Shown here: piece after piece, positions 8,833 to 18,725 of the stretch
Position numbering within the stretch: position 1 is the stretch's first letter
Layout: each line of letters begins with the position of its first letter
Origin: Hydrogenophaga sp.
GTDB taxonomy: Bacteria > Pseudomonadota > Gammaproteobacteria > Burkholderiales > Burkholderiaceae_C
NCBI RefSeq assembly: GCF_041633695.1
Contig: NZ_JBFJMY010000001.1
Location: 1 to 32,956, forward strand
DNA length: 32,956 bases
Direction of reading: 5' to 3'
Program-made: the position numbers and the translations under genes
Notes under the pieces: generated by a model
What the model saw: the letters and a program-made list of their open reading frames with translations, nothing else
Database searches by the model: none
Told to the model about the DNA's origin: nothing

Positions 8833-9636
8833 GTGAACAACGCCCTTCCAAACCCTTCTCCGCCCGGTCTTTTTTCGCTGCATGGGCGGGTGGCCCTGGT
8901 CACCGGCGCCAGCCGGGGTCTGGGGCTCTGCATGGCCACGGCGCTGGCCAGCCACGGTGCCAGCGTCTGGCTCAATGGCCGCGACGCACAGGGTTTGCAA
9001 GCGGCGGTGGCGCAGGTGCAAGCCGCCGCACAGGGCACGGGCGGTCGTGCTCAGGCGCTGGCCTTCGACGTCGCCGACGAAGCCGCCACCACCAAAGCCT
9101 TGGCCCACTTGCTGGACCACAGCGGTCGGCTCGACGTGCTGCTCAACAACGTCGGCCAGCGCCGACGCCTGCCTTTGAGCGAATTGCCCACCCAGGCGCT
9201 GCGCGAGCTGCTGGAAACCAATCTGCTATCGGCCTGGCATTTGTGCCGCGAAGCCGCCACGGCCATGCGCGCCCAGGGAAGTGGTCGCATCATCAACACC
9301 ACTTCCATTGCCGGCCCGGTGGCCCGCGCGGGCGATGCTGCCTACACCACCACCAAGGGCGCGCTGGAGGCCATGACCCGCGCGCTGGCCGCCGAACTCG
9401 GTCCCCACGGCATCAACGTGAACGCCATTGCCCCAGGGTATTTCGCCACCGAAACCAACGCGGCCATGGTCGCGGCCCCGGAGATTGCCCAATGGCTGCA
9501 ACAGCGCAGCTCGCTGGGCCGTTGGGGTCAACCGGACGAGATCGCCGGTGCGGCGGTGTTTCTGGCCTCAGCCGCCAGCAGCTACATCACAGGGCAAGTG
9601 CTGGTGGTCGATGGCGGCTACCTGGCCCACTTCTGA
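8833..9636 (+). CDS. Short-chain dehydrogenase/reductase (gluconate 5-dehydrogenase-like)
   Basis: TGASRGLG, NNVG, YTTTK catalytic motif, VNAIAPGYF, VDGG. Confidence 0.9.
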   Translation: MNNALPNPSPPGLFSLHGRVALVTGASRGLGLCMATALASHGASVWLNGRDAQGLQAAVAQVQAAAQGTGGRAQALAFDVADEAATTKALAHLLDHSGRLDVLLNNVGQRRRLPLSELPTQALRELLETNLLSAWHLCREAATAMRAQGSGRIINTTSIAGPVARAGDAAYTTTKGALEAMTRALAAELGPHGINVNAIAPGYFATETNAAMVAAPEIAQWLQQRSSLGRWGQPDEIAGAAVFLASAASSYITGQVLVVDGGYLAHF

Positions 9637-9708
9637 AGAGTCTGAACGCCGCCCCACGCCACCGCTGACGAACCGCATCCGCAAATCCCATGCGAGTGCG
9701 GTTCAGCC

Positions 9709-10458
9709 TCAAGCCCGCCAGCGGGTGCGCCAGGTTTGGTAGATCCGGCGTGCCAGCGCTTCGCTGCCCGCCAGATGCTGCTCGGTCGCCCGGTGCATGG
9801 TCTGCGTGTCTTGCACGCTGGCCGGGTGCGTGTGAACAGCAGCGGGATACACCTCGCCGGGATGCTCCAGCCAGGCTTGGATTTTGAGCGGCGTGATCTC
9901 GATGTGGAACTGCATGGCCAGGTGCGGCCCCAGCGCAAAAGCCTGGTGCGCGCAGGCGGCCGACCGTGCCAGCCCCTGGGCTCCCGCCGGCAAGTCCACC
10001 ACACCGTCGTAATGCCATTGGTAGACCTTGGCCACACCGGCCGGGCCCAACCAGTCTTGCGCGGGCGCCGAGTCGGCGATGTGGATATCCATCCACCCGA
10101 CCTCGGGCGCGTCCAGCCGCGCGATGCGCGCCCCGAAAGCGCGTGCCATGAGCTGCCCGCCCAGACAGTGACCCAGCACCGGAATGCCCAGCGCGTCGGC
10201 CTCGCGTATCAGCGCCTCGGCCTGCCGCAGGCTGGCGCGGTCGTCGTTGGCACTCCATTCACCACCCAGCACCGCCAGCGCTCTGTAGCCGGCCACCGAT
10301 GCGGGGTAGGCCTCGTCGGCCTGCGTGCACAGCGCCTGCCAGCCCACGCCTTGCGTGTCCAGCCAATGGCCCAGGTAACCGGGGCCGTCTTCCAGGGTGT
10401 GTTGCAGCACCAGCACATCACACGGACGGGCCTGGGTTTTGTCGGTCATGGCGTTCAT
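9709..10458 (-). CDS. Type 1 glutamine amidotransferase domain protein
   Basis: GHCLGGQ nucleophile elbow, QWHYD, QFHIE triad. Start among ATGs at 10449, 10458 and 10467. Confidence 0.88.
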   Translation of the reverse strand: MNAMTDKTQARPCDVLVLQHTLEDGPGYLGHWLDTQGVGWQALCTQADEAYPASVAGYRALAVLGGEWSANDDRASLRQAEALIREADALGIPVLGHCLGGQLMARAFGARIARLDAPEVGWMDIHIADSAPAQDWLGPAGVAKVYQWHYDGVVDLPAGAQGLARSAACAHQAFALGPHLAMQFHIEITPLKIQAWLEHPGEVYPAAVHTHPASVQDTQTMHRATEQHLAGSEALARRIYQTWRTRWRA

Positions 10459-10755
10459 GTCGGCCATTCTAAAAATCCATGCTGACGCGCACGGTACGGC
10501 AGGGGCCGGTGGCGCCGATCTGCCGGGTGCACACGGCTTGGGACCATCAAAAAATGCTCTTTCGTGACAAACCACACAGAGCCACGCCATGTGTTGCCAA
10601 GCCTAACAGTGCGATACATGTCCATACAGTTGCGACTTTGTATAAAAGCGTGAGACAGTGGGTTCCAGCCAACCCATGCCGATGGAGAGCACGCCAGCGA
10701 ACACATATCGCTGGTCCGTGTTGCAAGCCATTCATCCAAAAGCACAAGGCGATCG

Positions 10756-13290
10756 ATGCAGACCAAGTTCCCACCAGACCCCACGGGTCGCACGCCGGAA
10801 GACCCGGCCAGCGCCGCCGCACGCGCGGAAACGGGAACCTCGCTGCAAGCCTATCTCACCCGGCTGGTCTGGTTGTGTGTGTTGCCGCTGTTGCTGCTCG
10901 CGGTCTGGCTGGCCTACGACAGCGTGCGCTCGCTGCGAACCGCGCAAGACCAGGAGGCGAACAATCTGGTGCGCAACTTCAGCGCCGCCGTCGACCAACA
11001 TCTGAACGCGCGCATCCGCGCCTTGAACATGCTCGCGGTTTCGCCGCTGGTGGACAACCCCGCGCAATGGCCCGCCCTGTACCAAGAGGCCCAGGGCTTC
11101 TACGAAAGCTTCGACTCGCACGTGGTGCTGTCCGATGTCGCCGAGCCGATGCAGATGCTGTTCAACACACGTTTGCCCTACGGCAGCAAGCTGCCCGCAT
11201 TGCCCAAACCCCAAGGGCACGCGGCGGCGCCTGCGGCGGTGTCCACCGGCTGGCCGGCCGTGGGCGACAGCTTCATTGGCCCGGTCGCCAACGAACGCCT
11301 GGTGGCGATCGCCGTGCCGGTGCTGCGCCACGACAAGGCAGCATTTGTGCTGCTCAGCCCGATGGAAACCCGGCATTTTCAGGAGTTGCTGGACCAATTC
11401 GCTCTGCCTGCGGGTTGGGTCATGAGTTTGCGCGATGGCCGTGGCGAGGTCATCGCCCAGGTACAGCCCCCCGATCTGGACCCGGCCAACGACATGCACG
11501 AAGAAGGCCGCTTCGAGTTGCACTCTGGCGCCTCGCCCTGGTCGGTGGTATTGGAAATTCCGCGCCAGGTGCGTTGGGCACCCTTGCTCACTGCGGGCAC
11601 GGTATTGGCCTTGCTGTTGCTCTTGACCTCACTGGGTGGCCTGCTCGGTGGCGTGGCAGGCGGCCGCCGACTCGGTCGGGCGGTGGCATCGCTCACGCAA
11701 CACACGCCCTCGCCCATGGCGTTGGAGATCCAGGAAATCCGCGCCGCGCGCAGTCTGCTCGATGCGACGGCCGCCAACCTGCGCCACAGCGAAGCGCGGT
11801 TCCGCCGCTTGTTCCAGGACGCACCGGTGGGTTTGCGGCTGGCCGCACGCGACGGCAAGGTGTTGGCGCAAAACGCGCGCTTCGACCAGATGTTTGGCTT
11901 CACGCAAGAAGAAATCCCCACGCTGTCCGCCTGGTGGAAGCAGGCCTACCCCGACCTCGCTTACCGGGAACAGGTGCTGAGTACCTGGAAAAACATCCTG
12001 ACCGATGCAGAAAAGGTCGATGGCAACGTGTTGATCGGCGAATACCGGATCACGCGCAAAGACGGCGTCGAACGCATCGTGCAAGTGCACGCCAGTGTGC
12101 TGGCAGACGGCTTGCTCTCCAGCTTCAACGACGTGACCGAGCGCCGCGAGACCGAGAGCAAGTTGCGGCTCTGGGCCGAATCGTTCGAGCATGCGCAATT
12201 GGGACTGGCGCTCGCCGACCCGCATTCCAACAGCTTCATCGCGGTGAACCCGGCGTTCGCGCGCGACCGGGGCTACGAACGCGACGAGATGGTCGGTATG
12301 CCACTGAGCGCTCTCTGCCCGCCCGACCGCCTGCCGTATCTGCGGTACATGGCGGAACAACTGGAGACGCTGTCGCACGCGGTTTTCGAAACCGAACACC
12401 TGCGCAAAGACGGCAGCCGCTTCCCGGTGCTGCTGGACATCACGGTGCTGCGCGATACCCAGGGTCAAGCCATCAGCCGCATGACCTACGCCCTGGACAT
12501 CACCGAGCGCAGGCGCGCCGAAGCCGAGGTACAGAACCTCACGGCCACGCTGGAAAAACGGGTGGCCGACCGCACCGCTGAACTCAGCCTGGCCAACCAG
12601 GAACTGGACAGCTTTGCCTACACCGTCTCGCACGACCTGCGCGCGCCCTTGCGTGCCATGGAGGGCTATTCGCAGATCCTGGTGAGCGAGTACGGCGATC
12701 GCCTCACCGACGACGCCAAGAACTGCCTGCAACAGATCACCGCTGCCAGCGAAAAAATGAGCGGGCTCATCGAAGGCATTCTGGCGCTTTCGCGCAGCGC
12801 CCGCGACGAGCTCCGGCTCGATACCGTGGACCTGTCCGAACTCGCCTCGCGGCGCCTGGCGGAGCTGGCCAGGAGCGACCCGTCGCGCCAGGTCAACTGC
12901 AGCGTACAACCGGGTTTGCAGGTCACCGGTGATGCGCGCATGATGGACGCGCTCATCACCAACCTGGTGAGCAACGCCTGGAAGTACACCGGCAAAACCG
13001 AAGCGGCCAACATCCACTTTTTTGCCCGATCCGACGAGGGCCGCACCTGGTTTTGCATGGCCGACAACGGCGCCGGCTTTGATCCGGCCTATGCCGAACA
13101 ATTGTTTCAACCCTTCCAGCGCCTGCACCAGGAAGATCAATTCCCGGGCATCGGCATCGGACTGGCCACGGTGCAGCGCATCGTGCAACGCCACGGTGGC
13201 AACATCGTCGCCGAGGCCGCACCCGGTCAGGGTGCCACCTTCAGTTTCACCGTGGCCAGCGCAGCGACCGGGCAAGCCCTGACCCACTGA
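10756..13290 (+). CDS. Membrane sensor histidine kinase (Cache-like periplasmic domain, 2 PAS, HisKA-HATPase)
   Basis: Two TM segments flank a periplasmic region; two PAS/PAC units; [29 protein letters not shown]. Confidence 0.92.
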   Translation: MQTKFPPDPTGRTPEDPASAAARAETGTSLQAYLTRLVWLCVLPLLLLAVWLAYDSVRSLRTAQDQEANNLVRNFSAAVDQHLNARIRALNMLAVSPLVDNPAQWPALYQEAQGFYESFDSHVVLSDVAEPMQMLFNTRLPYGSKLPALPKPQGHAAAPAAVSTGWPAVGDSFIGPVANERLVAIAVPVLRHDKAAFVLLSPMETRHFQELLDQFALPAGWVMSLRDGRGEVIAQVQPPDLDPANDMHEEGRFELHSGASPWSVVLEIPRQVRWAPLLTAGTVLALLLLLTSLGGLLGGVAGGRRLGRAVASLTQHTPSPMALEIQEIRAARSLLDATAANLRHSEARFRRLFQDAPVGLRLAARDGKVLAQNARFDQMFGFTQEEIPTLSAWWKQAYPDLAYREQVLSTWKNILTDAEKVDGNVLIGEYRITRKDGVERIVQVHASVLADGLLSSFNDVTERRETESKLRLWAESFEHAQLGLALADPHSNSFIAVNPAFARDRGYERDEMVGMPLSALCPPDRLPYLRYMAEQLETLSHAVFETEHLRKDGSRFPVLLDITVLRDTQGQAISRMTYALDITERRRAEAEVQNLTATLEKRVADRTAELSLANQELDSFAYTVSHDLRAPLRAMEGYSQILVSEYGDRLTDDAKNCLQQITAASEKMSGLIEGILALSRSARDELRLDTVDLSELASRRLAELARSDPSRQVNCSVQPGLQVTGDARMMDALITNLVSNAWKYTGKTEAANIHFFARSDEGRTWFCMADNGAGFDPAYAEQLFQPFQRLHQEDQFPGIGIGLATVQRIVQRHGGNIVAEAAPGQGATFSFTVASAATGQALTH

Positions 13291-13372
13291 TCTTGGGCAG
13301 GCCCCGGCGGGTCACCAGCGCCAACCCCTACACTCGGAGACCGACTCAACACCATCACCGGAGACATCAGCC

Positions 13373-14086
13373 ATGGGCGCGCAGTGGAAAGCAAAACACA
13401 AGGATCTGGCCGCCAACGCCAAGGGCAGGCTGTTTGGCAAACTCGCCAAAGACATCATGATCGCTGCGCGCCACGGTGCCGACCCGGCCGCCAACGCCCG
13501 CTTGCGTCTGGTGGTGGAACAGGCACGCAAAGTCTCCATGCCCAAGGAAACACTGGACCGCGCCATCAAAAAGGGCGCAGGCCTCACCGGCGAAAGCGTG
13601 CAATTTGACGCCGTGATGTACGAAGGTTTCGCCCCCCACCAGGTGCCGGTGATGGTGGAGTGCCTGACCGACAACGTGAACCGCGCGGCGTCCGACATGC
13701 GCGTCCTGTTCCGCAAAGGCCAACAAGGCACATCGGGCTCGGTTGCCTGGGACTTTGACCATGTCGGCCACATCGAGGCCGAGCCCGCCACGCCCGATGC
13801 CGATGCCGAACTCGCCGCCATCGAAGCCGGGGCACAAGACTTTGAACCCGGTGAAGACGAAGGCACGACCCGCTTCATCACCGACCCGACCGACCTCGAT
13901 CTGGTGAGCCGCGCCCTGCCCGCCCACGGCTTCACGGTCTTGTCCAGCCAGCTCGCCTACCGCCCGAAGCATCCGGTGGACCCCAGCAGTCTCAGCGCCG
14001 AGCAGTTGGAAGAAGTGGAAACCTTTCTGGCAGCGCTGGACGCCAACGAAGACGTGCAGCACGTGTACGCAGGTCTGGGCGGCTAA
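13373..14086 (+). CDS. YebC/PmpR family protein (YeeN-like paralog)
   Basis: MGAQWK…, [38 protein letters not shown]; GGAG RBS. Confidence 0.92.
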   Translation: MGAQWKAKHKDLAANAKGRLFGKLAKDIMIAARHGADPAANARLRLVVEQARKVSMPKETLDRAIKKGAGLTGESVQFDAVMYEGFAPHQVPVMVECLTDNVNRAASDMRVLFRKGQQGTSGSVAWDFDHVGHIEAEPATPDADAELAAIEAGAQDFEPGEDEGTTRFITDPTDLDLVSRALPAHGFTVLSSQLAYRPKHPVDPSSLSAEQLEEVETFLAALDANEDVQHVYAGLGG

Positions 14087-14254
14087 GGCTAACTCACACC
14101 ATGCCGGGCACCTGCCCCGGCAGCCGCTGGCGTGCGCAACGGGCGGTGCAAAAGCGCGGCCCCACCGTGCAAATCTTCGGCTGGCGGCGCCGCTCGTGAA
14201 CACCTATGCTGGGCGCGCCACACCCTCTGCGGCGGCAACCACCAGGAGATCCCC

Positions 14255-15124
14255 ATGAGCACGCTCCCAGCCCCCGACAGCTCCGCTTTCAAGGCGCAGC
14301 AACGCACCCAATGGAACCAATCCGCCAGTGGCTGGAACCAGCACCACCCAGCGATCCGGGCCTGGCTGCGCCGCGCCACCGACGCCATGATGGACATGGC
14401 CTCCATTCGCCCTGGCGCGCAAGTGCTCGACGTGGCGGCGGGCTCGGGCGACCAGACGCTGGACATCGCCCAGCGCGTGGGCCCACAAGGCCGGGTGCTG
14501 GCCACCGATCTTTCACCCGCCATCCTGGCCCTGGCCCAGGCCAACGCGGACCAGGCGGGTTGGGCCAACGTCCACACCTTGGTGGCCGACGGCGAGGAGT
14601 TGCCGGTTGAGCCCGCCAGTTTCGACGCGGTGGTGTGCCGCCTGGGCCTGATGTTTTTCCCCGATCCACTGCGCGGCCTGCAAGCCATGCACCGGGCCTT
14701 GCGTCCCGGCGGCGGCATCTGCAGCCTGGTGTTCGCTGGGCCTGCGCACAACCCCTGCACCGCCATCCTGATGTCCACCGCCCTCGAACACGCGGGCCTG
14801 CCGCCGCGCGACCCGTTCCAGCCCGGTGGCCTGATGAGCCTGGGCCAGCCCGGCCGGCTCGACGAGTTGTACCGCGCGGCGGGCTTTCAACACGTGGCCA
14901 CCACCTCGCTGGACGCGCCTTTTCGCCTGCCTTCGGTGCGCCACTACCTCGACTTCGTGCGCTCCTCGGCCAGCCCGGTACAGCAGATCCTGGGGCGCCT
15001 CGAACCCCAGGCCGCCGCAGCCGCCTGGGACGAAATGGAGCAACGCCTAGCCCGCTTCACCACCGCCGATGGCTGGGTCGGGCCGAACGCATTGCTGCTG
15101 ACGGCGGCGCGGGCCGCCGACTAA
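14255..15124 (+). CDS. Class I SAM-dependent methyltransferase (UbiE-like)
   Basis: VLDVAAGSG motif I, SFDAVVC, LRPGG; AGGAG RBS at 14244-14248. Confidence 0.9.
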   Translation: MSTLPAPDSSAFKAQQRTQWNQSASGWNQHHPAIRAWLRRATDAMMDMASIRPGAQVLDVAAGSGDQTLDIAQRVGPQGRVLATDLSPAILALAQANADQAGWANVHTLVADGEELPVEPASFDAVVCRLGLMFFPDPLRGLQAMHRALRPGGGICSLVFAGPAHNPCTAILMSTALEHAGLPPRDPFQPGGLMSLGQPGRLDELYRAAGFQHVATTSLDAPFRLPSVRHYLDFVRSSASPVQQILGRLEPQAAAAAWDEMEQRLARFTTADGWVGPNALLLTAARAAD

Positions 15125-15224
15125 ACCCGGTTCACGCAAAGGCTTCACATACCGAACTTTGTGCCCGTGCAGCGAATAGCGCCGCATGGAATGGCCGAGC
15201 GTCGAGCCAGTCCACGGATCGGGC

Positions 15225-15674
15225 TCAGGAACCTCCAGCCGCGAGCAGCGCTTGCAGGCGGTCCAGGTTCTGTTCGTTGGCGGGTTCGGCGAGACCACGC
15301 ATCTTGGCCGCGACCTCGGGGCTCTCAAATGCCTGGGCCCAGACCAGCTGCGTTTGCTCGCCGCGCGCGCTCAGCGTCACCGTGAGCCGGTACCACGGCT
15401 TCGCCACGTGCTCGATCACGATTCGAGCTTCTGGCTCGATTTCGCGAAACACACTCTCGTTGGGATAATCGGCCCCGTTGGGGCTATGCATCACAAAAAT
15501 CCAGCGCCCACCGGGCCGGAATTCGAACCGCTCAAAGCTGTTGCTGAAGTCCTTGGGGCCCCACCACCGCGCGAGTTGATCCGCCTGCTCGAAGGCGGCG
15601 AATACCTGTTGCGGGCTGGCCGAAAAAAGGCGCTCGGTGCGCAGGGTCGCATCCGGGATCCTCGTTGGAGACAT
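15225..15674 (-). CDS. SRPBCC/AHSA1 domain protein
   Basis: VFAAF…LARWWGPKDF, FRPGGRWIFVMHSPNG; start trimmed to ATG 15674 downstream of AAGGTG. Confidence 0.85.
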   Translation of the reverse strand: MSPTRIPDATLRTERLFSASPQQVFAAFEQADQLARWWGPKDFSNSFERFEFRPGGRWIFVMHSPNGADYPNESVFREIEPEARIVIEHVAKPWYRLTVTLSARGEQTQLVWAQAFESPEVAAKMRGLAEPANEQNLDRLQALLAAGGS

Positions 15675-15729
15675 GGGCATCACCTTCTGACGAAAAGAGG
15701 ATTTTTCCGCGCGTCGGTCGGCCAGCGCA

Positions 15730-16299
15730 TCAACGCACTTTGATCCACGGCAGCATCGAAACCAGCACACCGTCCTGGAGTTTGATGTGGTGGAAAAGGG
15801 CCGCCACCGCGTGCAGACCCGCCAGCCAGATGATCGCGTCGCCCAGCAAGCTGTGCACGTCGCCCCAGTCGGCCAGTGGGGCCAAAAAGGAATGGGCGAT
15901 AAAGCCGAGCTGCTCCACGCGCAGGCCACCCAGCAGCGTCAGCGGAGCGCCTTCGCTGCCCAGGGTCAGGAACGCGGTGATGGGGGTGATCAGCAACAAG
16001 GTCCACAGCGCCAGGTGCGCAAGCTTGCTGACCAGCCGCATCAGCCCGGGCATGGCCACTTGCGGTGCGGCTGGCCGCACCGCCACCCAGAGCAGGCGCA
16101 GCGCAGTCAGTACAAAAATCAAAATCCCCAGCGATTCGTGCCAGACGATATCGCTGTGGGTGCCGGGATCGACCCCGTTGTGCAGCAAGCGACCAAAACC
16201 GCCGGGGCCCAAGATGAAGGCCATCAGCACGGCGATCGCCGTGACCCAGTGAAAGGCCATGCTGAGTGGGTCGTAACGGTTCGATGGGGATTTTTTCAT
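15730..16299 (-). CDS. Cytochrome b561 (CybB/YodB-like)
   Basis: FHWVTA, WHESLG, HLALW, VHSLLG, LHAVAALFHH histidine pattern in TM helices. Confidence 0.88.
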   Translation of the reverse strand: MKKSPSNRYDPLSMAFHWVTAIAVLMAFILGPGGFGRLLHNGVDPGTHSDIVWHESLGILIFVLTALRLLWVAVRPAAPQVAMPGLMRLVSKLAHLALWTLLLITPITAFLTLGSEGAPLTLLGGLRVEQLGFIAHSFLAPLADWGDVHSLLGDAIIWLAGLHAVAALFHHIKLQDGVLVSMLPWIKVR

Positions 16300-16379
16300 G
16301 CTGGCTCCGCTGGTAGGTGGCCACATTCTGAGCCGACCACGTTAACCGAATATGAAGCCAGACCCACCCCGACGCAGCG

Positions 16380-17516
16380 CTAATCCAGCGGCCAGGGCAG
16401 CTCTTCGGTTGAACGCTCGGCGGTGCGCGGAGCCGCCTCCGGCTTGGCACATGCGCTTCCCGACCGTGGCGCATCCAAACCTCGCCACCAGGGTTGAAAC
16501 GATCTTTGCTCCCGGGGTTCCACCGCTTCACCCAAACGCGGCATGAGCAGCACGTCTCGCAAGGGAGCGTGCTCCACCAGGGTTTCGGCGGGTTCGTCCC
16601 AGGCGTGCATGGCCAGGCTGAAGGTGCCCCAGTGCACCGGCAAGAAAGCGCCGCCGCCCAGCAGTTCGTGGGCCTTGAGGGCGTTGAGCGGGCCCAGGTG
16701 GATATCGCCCCAGGAGGGGTGGAAGGCACCCACTTCGAGCATGACCAGATCGAACGGGCCCAGGCGTTCGCGGATGGTGGCGTATTCGGTGGTGAGGCCG
16801 GTGTCGCCACTGAAGAACACGCTGTGGTTTTCGCTGTGCACGACGATGGACGACCACAGCGTGGCGTTGCGGTCTTTCAAACCCCGGCCTGAAAAATGCT
16901 GCGAAGGTGCGGCGGTGACCGTGAGGCCAGTGCCCGGCACGCGGTGGCTTTGCCACCAGTCGAGCTCGGTGATGCGCTCGGGCGCCACGCCCCAGGCCTG
17001 CAGATGGGCACCCACGCCCAGCGAGGTGACGAAGGGCACGGCGCTGTGGCGGGCCAGCGCACGGATGGTGGGGTAGTCGAGGTGGTCGTAGTGGTCGTGC
17101 GAGATCACGACCACGTCCACCTCGGGCATTTCGCGCAAGCGCAGCGGCACGGGTTGAAAACGCTTGGGGCCGACCAGGCGGAACGGCGAGGCGCGCGTGC
17201 CCCAGACCGGGTCGGTCAGCACGCGGTGGCCGTCCATTTCCAGCAGCACGGTGGAGTGGCCGAGCCAGGTGGCGCGCAAGCCGCTGGCGGCCGGGCGGCC
17301 CCAGGCTTCGCGGGGGTCCAGCGAGGGCAAAGGCGCGCCGGGCGTGCGGCGCTCACCGCCGAGCAGAAAGTCTTTGACCGAGGGCGTGCCCACGCTCTTG
17401 TCGCGCAGGCCGGGTGTGATGGGGTGCACATTGCGAAAGCCCTGGCCGCTCCAGCGCGGCGAGGCCTGCATGCGCTCCAGGCGTTCGCCTTGGGCGCGGG
17501 TACCGAATGATTGCAT
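16380..17516 (-). CDS. Metallo-beta-lactamase-fold hydrolase (RomA/NAPE-PLD-like)
   Basis: WLGHST, LTDPVW, SHDHYDH, QHFSGR, FSGDTG, PVHWGTF. Confidence 0.9.
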   Translation of the reverse strand: MQSFGTRAQGERLERMQASPRWSGQGFRNVHPITPGLRDKSVGTPSVKDFLLGGERRTPGAPLPSLDPREAWGRPAASGLRATWLGHSTVLLEMDGHRVLTDPVWGTRASPFRLVGPKRFQPVPLRLREMPEVDVVVISHDHYDHLDYPTIRALARHSAVPFVTSLGVGAHLQAWGVAPERITELDWWQSHRVPGTGLTVTAAPSQHFSGRGLKDRNATLWSSIVVHSENHSVFFSGDTGLTTEYATIRERLGPFDLVMLEVGAFHPSWGDIHLGPLNALKAHELLGGGAFLPVHWGTFSLAMHAWDEPAETLVEHAPLRDVLLMPRLGEAVEPREQRSFQPWWRGLDAPRSGSACAKPEAAPRTAERSTEELPWPLD

Positions 17517-17669
17517 GGCAAAGGCTCCGTGAAACGGGGATCAAAAGCCAGCAGCAGCGCTGGGTGCTTGCACGCATGGGGGTCTACCCTGGGAGAAACC
17601 GCAGACGACCCGGCACGCACATGCCATGGTGCCAGACACCGGACTTTTGCGTGCGTGCCGCTGCCCGGT

Positions 17670-18629
17670 TCAAGGCCTGGCCAAAGGGGCGTTCACCTCG
17701 GTTTCGAAGATCGGCGGTATGCGGGCGCGCATGACTTCGATGAAGCGGCGCAGGCGGGCCGGGTAGAAGCGCGCATATGGGTAGACGAGGTGGAGCGGCA
17801 GCGGTTCGGCCTGCCAGTCGGGGGTGAGCTGCACCAGTCGCTGCGCGGCGAGGTCGTCGGCCAGTAGCCAGGACGAGCCCACGCACACACCCAGACCCAG
17901 CAAGGCCGCGCTGCGCAACGCAAAAAGGCTATCAGTGCTCATGCGCGGCTGGATCGGCAAACGCACCCGCTCGCCGCTGCGCGAGCAGGTGAGCACGATG
18001 TGGTCGCGGTAATAGGTGCGCAGCGCCAGCCAGGGCAAGGCCGCCAGCGCCGACGGGTGGGCGGGCACCGCCTGGTGGGTCAGCACAGAGGGCGCGGCGG
18101 CCACGATGCGGGGCACTTGCGACAAGCGGATCGCCACCAGGGTGGGGTCGGTCACTTCGCCGACCAGGATCGCGCAGTCGATGCCGCTGGCGATGAAGTT
18201 GGGCACACCGTCGTGCAGCAGCCAGTCCACCGATACGCCGGGGTAGCGGTTCAGGTACTCGGTCAGCGGGTGGACCAGTTGGCCTTGCCCGAACGCATGG
18301 GGCACGACCACCCGCAGCATGCCGTCGGGCTGGTCGCCCACACCACGCATGTCGGACTCGAAGGCTTCGAGGTTGGCCAACAATTCTTTGGCCCGCTCGA
18401 AGCAGCGCGCGCCGTCTTCGGTGAGTGCCATGGCGTGCGTGGAGCGCTTGAGCAGCGGCACGCCGAGCGAGGCTTCCAGGGCTTGCAGCCGCCGACTCAC
18501 CGTGGGCTGTGTGGTGCCCATGCGGGCTGCCGCCGCCGACAGGCTACCCGCCTCCACGATGGTGACGAAGGTTTGCATCAAACCGATGCGGTCGGTCGCG
18601 GCTGTGGTCGTCTGTCCGAGCTTGCTCAT
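17670..18629 (-). CDS. LysR-type transcriptional regulator
   Basis: HTH GSLSAAAARMGTTQPTVSRRLQALE, LLKRSTH…LTEDG; divergent from an MFS gene. Confidence 0.95.
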   Translation of the reverse strand: MSKLGQTTTAATDRIGLMQTFVTIVEAGSLSAAAARMGTTQPTVSRRLQALEASLGVPLLKRSTHAMALTEDGARCFERAKELLANLEAFESDMRGVGDQPDGMLRVVVPHAFGQGQLVHPLTEYLNRYPGVSVDWLLHDGVPNFIASGIDCAILVGEVTDPTLVAIRLSQVPRIVAAAPSVLTHQAVPAHPSALAALPWLALRTYYRDHIVLTCSRSGERVRLPIQPRMSTDSLFALRSAALLGLGVCVGSSWLLADDLAAQRLVQLTPDWQAEPLPLHLVYPYARFYPARLRRFIEVMRARIPPIFETEVNAPLARP

Positions 18630-18642
18630 ACGTGCATCGTAT
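18628..18642. promoter_or_regulatory. LysR recognition box ATACG-N5-CGTAT (T-N11-A)
   Basis: Perfect interrupted palindrome overlapping the LysR start codon and its TACGAT -10 (18636-18641, minus). Confidence 0.6.
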
Positions 18643-18725
18643 ATACGTTTTGCCTTTTCACCCCCTACGCAAGCATTGAAAACCCTTTCAGAATCCGTTT
18701 CAACGAATATTTAAGGGTTTACACC

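Noticed and set aside
15688-15715. TTCGTC upstream of the SRPBCC gene as a second ECF42 promoter
   Set aside because: The -35 position reads GACGCG, not TGTCGA.
16380-17516. MBL-fold protein as a beta-lactamase or resistance gene
   Set aside because: Motifs fit the RomA/NAPE-PLD-like hydrolases; there is no signal peptide or class B beta-lactamase pattern.
17615-17660. TGGCAC (sigma54-like) and GCAAAAGTCCGG (c-di-GMP-riboswitch-like) fragments upstream of the MBL gene
   Set aside because: No TTGC at the -12 position, and the GEMM P2/GAAA elements are absent.
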